From positions 300,405 through 364,404 of IMG/VR virus record IMGVR_UViG_3300031787_007614: a stretch of 64,000 bases of DNA. The stretch is one strand, 5' to 3'. Below, one piece after another: positions 58,210 through 64,000 of the stretch. Within the stretch, counting starts at the first letter, position 1. Each line of letters begins with the position of its first letter. The position numbers were made by a program, and so were the translations under genes. Below the pieces are notes generated by a model that did not search any database, was not told the DNA's origin, and saw nothing but the letters and a program-made list of their open reading frames with translations.

Positions 58210-58286
58210 TGGTCGGAGTACGAGGGTTCGAACCTCGGACCTCCTGGTCCCAAACCAGGCGCACTACCAGGCTGTGCTATACTCCG
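58210..58286 (-). tRNA. tRNA-Pro(UGG)
   Basis: C1-G72; CCTGG-TT TGG GA-CCAGG. Confidence 0.95.
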
Positions 58287-58292
58287 TGTATT

Positions 58293-58511
58293 TTATTTTA
58301 CTTTGGGTTCTTGACTTTTGTCAAGTTCATGGGGTTCAGCAAATCTTGTGCCGTGGCCCAGATTCCAACTGTCTGCTGTGAAAATTTTTACAGGCTTCCA
58401 GTAACGACTTATGATGTTGTTGACAGCAACAGCCGCCGCCACAATCACTACAAATCCTATTGCTGTCAAAATACTACCAGCTAAGAATACAGCCGCTTGA
58501 TCCATGTCCAT
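58293..58511 (-). CDS. Small membrane protein
   Basis: One hydrophobic helix; fills the spacer between tRNA-Gly and tRNA-Pro. Confidence 0.6.
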   Translation of the reverse strand: MDMDQAAVFLAGSILTAIGFVVIVAAAVAVNNIISRYWKPVKIFTADSWNLGHGTRFAEPHELDKSQEPKVK

Positions 58512-58524
58512 TGTTTGTTCCTTG

Positions 58525-58598
58525 TGGAGCAGGGTAGGGGAATCGAACCCCTCGCTTTAGCTTGGAAGGCTAAGGTATTACCACTATACGAACCCTGC
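58525..58598 (-). tRNA. tRNA-Gly(UCC)
   Basis: TTAGC-CT TCC AA-GCTAA; CCA. Confidence 0.95.
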
Positions 58599-58610
58599 GT
58601 TAAAATACTT

Positions 58611-58639
58611 ATTATACAACACTCAGACACTGTTGTAAA
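58611..58639 (-). promoter_or_regulatory. Internal sigma70 promoter TTTACA-17-TATAAT
   Basis: Read directly; just upstream of tRNA-Gly(UCC). Confidence 0.65.
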
Positions 58640-58646
58640 GATCATT

Positions 58647-58721
58647 TGGTTGCCATGGACAGTTTCGAAATGTCGACCTATCGCTTATCAAGCGATTGCT
58701 CTTCCTCTGAGCTACACGGCA
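58647..58721 (-). tRNA. tRNA-Ile(GAU)
   Basis: ATCGC-TT GAT AA-GCGAT; CCA. Confidence 0.9.
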
Positions 58722-58727
58722 AAAACT

Positions 58728-58801
58728 TGGCACGGGTACTAGGGCTCGAACCTAGAATGACAGAGTCAAAGTCTGTAGTGTTACCATTACACTATACCCG
58801 A
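58728..58801 (-). tRNA. tRNA-Gln(UUG)
   Basis: ACAGA-CT TTG AC-TCTGT; G73; U1-U72 mismatch. Confidence 0.92.
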
Positions 58802-58813
58802 ACAAAAACTATT

Positions 58814-58888
58814 TGGTGGATGTAAGTAGAGTCGAACTACCACTTGACTCCGTATGAAGGAGGCGCACTACCATTATGCTATACATCC
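58814..58888 (-). tRNA. tRNA(CAU): elongator Met or Ile2
   Basis: G1-C72, A73, loop TT CAT AC; identity not resolvable by eye. Confidence 0.85.
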
Positions 58889-58892
58889 ATGT

Positions 58893-58984
58893 TGGTACCC
58901 CCACCGGGAGTCGAACCCAGATGAACCAATTATCTGTTGCTTACGGGATATAAATCCGCCGTTTTACCATTAAACTATAGGGGC
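58893..58984 (-). tRNA. tRNA-Ile(UAU)-like with 22-nt variable arm
   Basis: Loop TT TAT AT, A31-C39 mismatch, canonical T-arm, CCA; 92 nt. Confidence 0.7.
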
Positions 58985-58989
58985 ATGTC

Positions 58990-59064
58990 TGGGGTGTCGT
59001 ATGAGAATCGAACTCATGACAGCGGAATCACAACCCGCGGTTTTGCCACTAAACTAACGTCACC
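58990..59064 (-). tRNA. tRNA-His(GUG)
   Basis: G-1:C73 encoded; TT GTG AT loop. Confidence 0.92.
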
Positions 59065-59153
59065 ATATAGGAACACACTCAGGCGTAGTAGTTCGTTAGC
59101 CCACTAAGATACACGGCTACCACCCGTGTCATTAGTTGAATGTGTTTTTATAT
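59065..59153 (-). ncRNA. Closing-stem spacer element A
   Basis: 16-nt arms AUAUAAAAACACAUUC / GAGUGUGUUCCUAUAU filling the whole Lys-His spacer. Confidence 0.55.
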
Positions 59154-59227
59154 GGTAGGGGCGCCGGGATTCGAACCCGAAATTGGCAGATTAAAAGTCT
59201 GCTGTGATACCGTTTCACCACACCCCC
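59153..59227 (-). tRNA. tRNA-Lys(UUU)
   Basis: GCAGA-CT TTT AA-TCTGC; CCA. Confidence 0.95.
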
Positions 59228-59288
59228 GGTATCTTGTCACTCTTGTCACTATTCATGACAGACTCTCCTTTTTAAAATAAGTATTTGA

Positions 59289-60413
59289 ATGAACAAATAT
59301 TGTCCAAAACCATTTGTTAGTATTCATATGTATACTGATAAAGATCTCAATCCAACTGTTAGGCCTTGTTGCAATTACAAACCTATCAAGCAGTACGCAA
59401 CGATTAATGATTATTTGCAATCATCTGAACTAGCGTCTCTTCAGCAACATTTGCTTACAAAAGAATCATTGCCAGATGGATGCAAGGCATGCAAAGTAGA
59501 CGAAGATAATAACTTGCCTAGTATCCGAAACAAGTATATTAAAGTGTTTGAGCATGAAACCAAAACTAAAATTGTTGACTTGGAAATTTTCCCTGGCAAC
59601 GCATGTAATCTCAGTTGCTTGTCGTGCAATCCTTCTCATAGTACCAAATCAGGTCAGGAATATGCCAAACTTGGATGGATTAAACAATCAATAGTGATCA
59701 ATCACGAAGATCATGCACTTGAAGTTATTAAACAGTTGCCAGACCTTAAATCAATAGGTTTTATTGGCGGCGAATTTTTTGTAACCAAACACAATATTGA
59801 ATTGCTCGATGCGGTTATTGAAAAAAATCTTAAAACACGAATTATTACCAATGCCACTCAACTAACCAAAAAACATCTTGAGCGGTTACAAAAAATATCT
59901 GACCTTGATGTGATGGTTAGTGTAGACGGTACTGGGCCAACATTTGAATTTTTACGCTATCCGGCACAATGGTCAGTTGTGCAATCAAACATTGTTGCAC
60001 TACAACAGGCATTGCCCGGAGCAAAGATACATTTGTCGGCAGTGTTGCAATTTTTAAATTTGCAAAATATCATTGAACTGTTTGAATACGCCAATGTCCG
60101 TCGACTGCCATTTAATGTGATCCCTTTATCTTATCCTGTTTGGCTACAGTCAGAAGTGCTTACCACTCTCGAACGTCAGCAGTTGATTGCAGTTATACAA
60201 AAACAACTAACAGTTGCAAAACTTACCAAAACACAAAAACAGTTAATGACTGATACATGTAGTATGCTAGAAACAATACAGCACTCACCTGCTCAACGAG
60301 AACAGTTTGTGTCTCGAACAAGCCAGCTGATTCGACTGCGCAACATCACACAACACACAATCAACTCAGTGTTTGGTGTGCTAGAAAATTTAGCGCAAGA
60401 AGTTATACAATAG
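59289..60413 (+). CDS. Twitch/SPASM-domain radical SAM protein inserted in the tRNA array
   Basis: CNLSCLSC, GGEF, N-terminal PCC and CKAC; TAAGTA 5 nt upstream. Confidence 0.85.
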   Translation: MNKYCPKPFVSIHMYTDKDLNPTVRPCCNYKPIKQYATINDYLQSSELASLQQHLLTKESLPDGCKACKVDEDNNLPSIRNKYIKVFEHETKTKIVDLEIFPGNACNLSCLSCNPSHSTKSGQEYAKLGWIKQSIVINHEDHALEVIKQLPDLKSIGFIGGEFFVTKHNIELLDAVIEKNLKTRIITNATQLTKKHLERLQKISDLDVMVSVDGTGPTFEFLRYPAQWSVVQSNIVALQQALPGAKIHLSAVLQFLNLQNIIELFEYANVRRLPFNVIPLSYPVWLQSEVLTTLERQQLIAVIQKQLTVAKLTKTQKQLMTDTCSMLETIQHSPAQREQFVSRTSQLIRLRNITQHTINSVFGVLENLAQEVIQ

Positions 60414-60453
60414 CCAGGGACCTAACTCGTCAAGGGAGAGTATGGCTATGTGT

Positions 60454-60531
60454 TGGTACCACCTGAGAGATTCGAACTCCCCGCCCCTGCGTTCGTAGCA
60501 CAGTGCTCTAATCCAAATGAGCTAAGGTGGT
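60454..60531 (-). tRNA. tRNA-Arg(ACG)
   Basis: CTGTG-CT ACG AA-CGCAG; CCA. Confidence 0.92.
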
Positions 60532-60539
60532 GTATTGAA

Positions 60540-60739
60540 TTTGAGAGTAGTAGCATCACTGTTATTGCTACCATTGACCCGTGTAATAAAGCCGGCCGGG
60601 AGGGTGATACGTCACTTGGAATACTTAACACACAGATTGATTACTTAGTTGTGTACGGAATCACGCCGCCCGTGCTTTACACTAGGTTGACCTTCGAAGA
60701 ATCTTCCTAGCGTGTCTTTCTCTTGCTGACACTCTCAAA
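60540..60739 (-). ncRNA. Candidate ~200-nt multibranched RNA
   Basis: Perfect 9-bp terminal stem UUUGAGAGU/ACUCUCAAA enclosing at least six hairpins. Confidence 0.6.
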
Positions 60740-60742
60740 ACT

Positions 60743-60816
60743 TGGTGCCCCACGACAGAATCGAACTGCCATCACAGGATTACAAAACCAGTGTACTACC
60801 ATTGTACTAGTAGGGC
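60743..60816 (-). tRNA. tRNA-Thr(UGU)
   Basis: TT TGT AA loop; weak anticodon stem; CCA. Confidence 0.85.
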
Positions 60817-60822
60817 GAATTG

Positions 60823-60912
60823 TGGTGGAAGACTAGGGAGTCGAACCCTATGACCCTATTACTAGAATCTACAGATTAGCAATCTGCTGCATTACCGTCC
60901 TGCCCGTCTTCC
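60823..60912 (-). tRNA. tRNA-Ser(GCU)
   Basis: Long V arm; TT GCT AA; CCA. Confidence 0.93.
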
Positions 60913-60917
60913 TGACT

Positions 60918-60993
60918 TGGCTCCCCAGCGTGGGATCGAACCACGGACACCTTGATTAACAGTCAAGTGCAACTACCGCTGTGCTACTAGGGA
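60918..60993 (-). tRNA. tRNA-Asn(GUU)
   Basis: CTTGA-CT GTT AA-TCAAG; G73. Confidence 0.95.
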
Positions 60994-61033
60994 ATAATCT
61001 ACTTAGTAGGCACTCGAGCCTACTACAAAAATA

Positions 61034-61126
61034 TGGTGGAGCAACTTGGAGTCGAACCAAGAATGTTTACCACGAGGGGACGGATTTACAGTCCGCCGAT
61101 GCACACGCCATAGCATCAATTGCTCC
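61034..61126 (-). tRNA. tRNA-Tyr(GUA) with extended D-arm
   Basis: GCGGA-CT GTA AA-TCCGT; D stem GATGC/GCATC; 18-nt V region. Confidence 0.85.
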
Positions 61127-61131
61127 ATATT

Positions 61132-61206
61132 TGGTGGACCGGCGGGGGATCGAACCCCGACTAAAGGCTTGCAAAGCCCCTGTGCTCCCATTATCACTAC
61201 CAGCCC
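61132..61206 (-). tRNA. tRNA-Ala(UGC)
   Basis: G3-U70 identity pair; TT TGC AA. Confidence 0.93.
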
Positions 61207-61212
61207 AAATTT

Positions 61213-61286
61213 TGGCATCCCGGGAGGGACTCGAACCCCCACGAACGGTTTTGGAGACCGTCATGCTGCCATTACACCACCGAGAC
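61213..61286 (-). tRNA. tRNA-Trp(CCA)
   Basis: ACGGT-CT CCA AA-ACCGT; G73. Confidence 0.93.
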
Positions 61287-61294
61287 ATAATTTT

Positions 61295-61370
61295 AACACA
61301 CTCTTGCGAATGTGTGTATTAAAACATTCTAAACTACTTAGGCTGCCTGTTTGTAAAGAATGTTTTAATA
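61295..61370 (-). ncRNA. Closing-stem elements B and C (tandem)
   Basis: ACACAUUC-GCAA-GAGUGUGU hairpin, and a perfect 14-bp inverted repeat UAUUAAAACAUUCU/AGAAUGUUUUAAUA. Confidence 0.55.
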
Positions 61371-61468
61371 CGCTCGGATTTTTTTATGTACAAGAACATA
61401 AGCCATCCCCGAGGCCGCCCATTTGTAGTTTAGAGTGATACAGGCTCGCGTTGCCGTTGCACTAAATG

Positions 61469-61496
61469 AAAAAACCCAGGGTTTTTACGCCTGGGT
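61469..61496 (-). terminator. Attenuator terminator
   Basis: ACCCAGG-9nt-CCUGGGU followed by U5. Confidence 0.8.
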
Positions 61497-61524
61497 CCTT
61501 GGGTAAGATACGGTTGTATACTAC

Positions 61525-61632
61525 TTAGGACCCTCTGCCTCCTGGAATGCTATTCATGCGACCATAGGCGTGTGACCAAACTGGTGTCTGGGCAAACTTG
61601 GGTAGCAGTGAACAATATTGTGTTTTCATCAT
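61525..61632 (-). CDS. Putative 35-aa leader peptide (leaderless)
   Basis: MMKTQYCSLLPKFAQTPVWSHAYGRMNSIPGGRGS*; the stop codon overlaps the antiterminator 5' strand. Confidence 0.6.
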   Translation of the reverse strand: MMKTQYCSLLPKFAQTPVWSHAYGRMNSIPGGRGS

Positions 61633-61639
61633 AAGTCCT

Positions 61640-61668
61640 ATTGTACAGTATTTACCTTTTGAGGTCAA
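61640..61668 (-). promoter_or_regulatory. sigma70 promoter TTGACC-17-TACAAT (nested TAAATA in spacer)
   Basis: Read directly; the -10 lies 7 nt before the leader ATG. Confidence 0.85.
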
Positions 61669-61704
61669 CCACTGTGTTAAAGTTATTTAGCCTTTCGGCT
61701 GAAT

Positions 61705-61779
61705 TGGTTGCGGGGGAAGGAATCGAACCTCCGTCTCCCAGGTTATGAGCCTGGTGGTCTACCGCTGACGTACCCCGCG
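61705..61779 (-). tRNA. tRNA-fMet(CAU)
   Basis: C1-A72 mismatch; CT CAT AA; CCA. Confidence 0.9.
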
Positions 61780-61790
61780 ATTGAATTATT

Positions 61791-61872
61791 TATATAGAAA
61801 CACACTCTATGCTTGGGGAACAATTCATTGAATTGAGCAACCACCAACGGGTACGGAGTGCGTTTGTATATA
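61791..61872 (-). ncRNA. Closing-stem spacer element D
   Basis: 17-nt arms UAUAUACAAACGCACUC / GAGUGUGUUUCUAUAUA. Confidence 0.55.
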
Positions 61873-61875
61873 AAG

Positions 61876-62774
61876 TGGCGGACTGAGAATACATCCTAAC
61901 CCAGTAACACCTCGGACATTATTACAAACCTTGCGAGTCTGCTTTCTTCCGATTTCCACTGCAACCATATTGCTATGTATCACAGTCTGTTACCAGTATC
62001 GCCGTTTTTAAAGACAGGCAGTAGTCTTGTCATCACATGCTACTCTACACCATCTATCCCGTTGACCTTTAGAGCCATTCACTGTCGCTAAACAGTTACG
62101 AAACTTCCAGTATAAACAGATTTCACCTTGCGAGTTACGTCTGACTGTATTGCCTTGCGGCTACAGCATTAGATACTTTTCACACATGACCGAGTCAGTC
62201 TTTGCTTTTATGTTAGATAGTGGTTTTGAAGCCACAGCCTATTCCTTAACAGGGAATTGCTCTACGATGAGCTATATCAACCTACTGCGATGTGCTGACT
62301 CAGTTGCTTCATACTCTTTTGGAATACAAAATACAACACACCACGTTCCTTTTGTCTTGCGAACTACTCAGACGTCTTTTGCGATCAGTGTCGGGTCTCG
62401 GCTTTCGCGTACCTCCACCAACCACTCAAACTGCATACGAGCCCTTGGGTGCAACCCCTCGGACCGATACGCTACCCTTTCTCATACCAATTAACTGGGC
62501 TGGTTTTGTATAGAAGTCAGCACCACCTGTTACTTTTCTGCAACTCCGGTTACCCTTGCGGGCCGGTAAGTTACAGCTCTTTCCTATACTCCCAGCGTCA
62601 TTGTTACAACCACCGGTCTTATCAGTGATCGGATCCTCACGGACCTGAGCAGGCTTGTTTACATGAACCATTGCTGGCGGACTTATGTAGGCATACATCC
62701 TTTGGCTGGGTCACCCCAGTTATTCTTCGTACAGCTGGGCGAACCATACTGCACAGGACAATAAACTGCCCTAT
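61876..62774 (-). ncRNA. ~900-nt highly structured ncRNA, GOLLD-like candidate
   Basis: Own consensus promoter, many GCAA/GAAA tetraloop hairpins on the minus strand, long-range complementarities, no credible ORF, heads a phage tRNA array. Confidence 0.65.
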
Positions 62775-62780
62775 GTATCT

Positions 62781-62809
62781 ATTGTAAGACAAACGTCTTT
62801 TGTTGTCAA
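62781..62809 (-). promoter_or_regulatory. sigma70 promoter TTGACA-17-TACAAT
   Basis: Read directly. Confidence 0.9.
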
Positions 62810-62900
62810 ACAGTTTTGGATAAATTTGTTGTTTATCTATCCAAAATAGTCTGTAACAGTTTTCTGCAGTCGTGTTACAGTGGGCAAATAAGTACCCCAC

Positions 62901-63872
62901 ATGATCACTGAAATCTTAACCTATCACCACAGTCTCGACTGGAACATTGAACAATTCGTTGATAGCACATGTCTAGCAAACATTGTTCAGCCACACTGGC
63001 CAATGGTAACTTCTTCCAAAGGAGGATTGATACCAACAAATAAACCCAGCCGAGACTTTTTTGAGCTCAATAAAAAACGAGGACGTCCTACTGAACTTAG
63101 GAACAGTACCATTGACGCCTTGGTCAGTCTTGTGGCAACAAAATTGCATCTCAACGGATTTGTTACGAATGTGGTAGCAGAATGCAGTGGAAGCATGCAT
63201 GCCTTGTACACTGCATCCATGGTGAGCTTGCAACACCAATTACCAGTGATTGTTTTTTGTGCTGATAATTTAGTTGATGACGAACTTCACATGTGGCGAT
63301 TTGCCAGTATGGGTGCATTGGATCAATCCTCAGGAAGAGCATTTGACTCAACCAGTACTGGATTTCGAATGGGTAGAGGCATGGCTGCAATGTTGATAAA
63401 ACATCCAAGTGTAAAATTCAACATGAGTGCATTTGCCACAATCAGCAATTATATCTTTCGTACCAACCCCACACTCATAGCCAATCCAGGTGATGCGCAC
63501 CAATTGGCCAGAGATATTTCTGGCATCAATTTTGACACCATTGATTTTTGGAATGCACATGCAACAGGCACTCCAGTGGGAGATCAATTTGAGTACAATG
63601 TTTTTAATTCTTTAGTTCACAAAGACATACCTATTGTCAGCTACAAAAGCCGCATAGGGCACTGTATCTCAGCCAGCGGCGCCATTGAAATGTGCATGAG
63701 TTTTGACGATTACCGTGCAAAAACCCTAAGACCCAATGTGTTAGCTGGTGATCTCATAGTCAAAGATTCAAGGATCATCGTAGATGCTGTGCCGTTTCCG
63801 GGCAAACGCATACTCAAGGCCAATTTTGGATTTGGCGGCAAAAACAGTTTTTGCCAAATTGACATTGAATAG
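62901..63872 (+). CDS. Beta-ketoacyl synthase (FabF/FabB-like, short)
   Basis: AECSG catalytic Cys, NAHATGT, SYKSRIGHCISASGA, NFGFGGKN; TAAGTA 6 nt upstream. Confidence 0.88.
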   Translation: MITEILTYHHSLDWNIEQFVDSTCLANIVQPHWPMVTSSKGGLIPTNKPSRDFFELNKKRGRPTELRNSTIDALVSLVATKLHLNGFVTNVVAECSGSMHALYTASMVSLQHQLPVIVFCADNLVDDELHMWRFASMGALDQSSGRAFDSTSTGFRMGRGMAAMLIKHPSVKFNMSAFATISNYIFRTNPTLIANPGDAHQLARDISGINFDTIDFWNAHATGTPVGDQFEYNVFNSLVHKDIPIVSYKSRIGHCISASGAIEMCMSFDDYRAKTLRPNVLAGDLIVKDSRIIVDAVPFPGKRILKANFGFGGKNSFCQIDIE

Positions 63873-64000
63873 ATTCTATAGTCAAGCACCGAGAGATGCT
63901 CAATTTATGCGTCCTCCGCTAAGAGTGCAATAGCCGATAGCAGTTATATTAGGATCCGTTCCCGGCCGGTTGGACCCGAATAGCGTAAGCGTCCTTACAC

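Noticed and set aside
61006-61027. Hairpin TAGTAGGC-6nt-GCCTACTA between tRNA-Tyr and tRNA-Asn as a terminator
   Set aside because: No U tract on the tRNA strand; at most a processing hairpin.
61034-61126. tRNA-Sec
   Set aside because: Anticodon is GUA, acceptor is 7 bp, and no in-frame UGA selenoprotein candidates were seen.
58099-61438. Track ORFs overlapping tRNA genes (e.g. 58099, 58136, 58209, 58497, 60446, 60450, 60981, 61003, 61046, 61067)
   Set aside because: The sequence is explained by tRNA cloverleaves and structured spacers.
61876-62774. tmRNA, RNase P RNA or a self-splicing intron as the identity of the long RNA
   Set aside because: No T-arm before the CCA end and no GGGG..GAUUCGAC 5' end; no GAGGAAAGUCC; no group II GUGYG start or domain V; does not interrupt a gene.
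62150-62900. ORFs 62150, 62292, 62426 and 62637 as proteins
   Set aside because: Mutually overlapping on both strands, no motifs or SD, and the region is better explained as structured RNA.
63873-64000. Possible structured RNA or gene end at the window edge
   Set aside because: Truncated; only one weak hairpin, so it cannot be supported.

Overview
This is a 64-kb segment of a large (jumbo-type) dsDNA tailed bacteriophage genome using the standard genetic code. It has five blocks. (1) 1-11.3 kb: virion genes, including a 5'-truncated giant FG-GAP-repeat protein and a tail fibre. (2) 11.3-40.3 kb: a glycan/small-molecule tailoring island with glycosyltransferase-like genes, five 'TEK'-motif paralogues, five tandem twitch/SPASM radical SAM genes, SGNH proteins, carbamoyltransferase, amidinotransferase, DegT aminotransferase, an NAD epimerase and a 1199-aa repeat protein. 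(3) 40-47.6 kb: minus-strand genes (thyX, MoxR AAA + VWA/metallopeptidase) under near-consensus sigma70 promoters. (4) 47.7-55.3 kb: oxygenase/desaturase genes, an RNA polymerase omega-like gene and rubrerythrin/rubredoxin. (5) 55.3-62.8 kb: a minus-strand array of 25 CCA-encoding tRNAs interspersed with proteins and structured non-coding elements. The most interesting signals are in the RNA block: a ~900-nt GNRA-rich non-coding RNA with its own promoter (GOLLD-like candidate); a leader-peptide attenuator upstream of most tRNAs, whose 35-aa peptide lacks exactly the two amino acids (Asp, Glu) with no tRNA in this window; a repeated closing-stem RNA element in tRNA spacers; further unexplained structured RNAs; and tRNAs with atypical arms (short-V Leu, long-V Ile-UAU, extended-D Tyr). 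A betaproteobacterial host is only an inference from the Bug-type binding protein. All calls were made by eye from motifs; no searches or folding programs were run.
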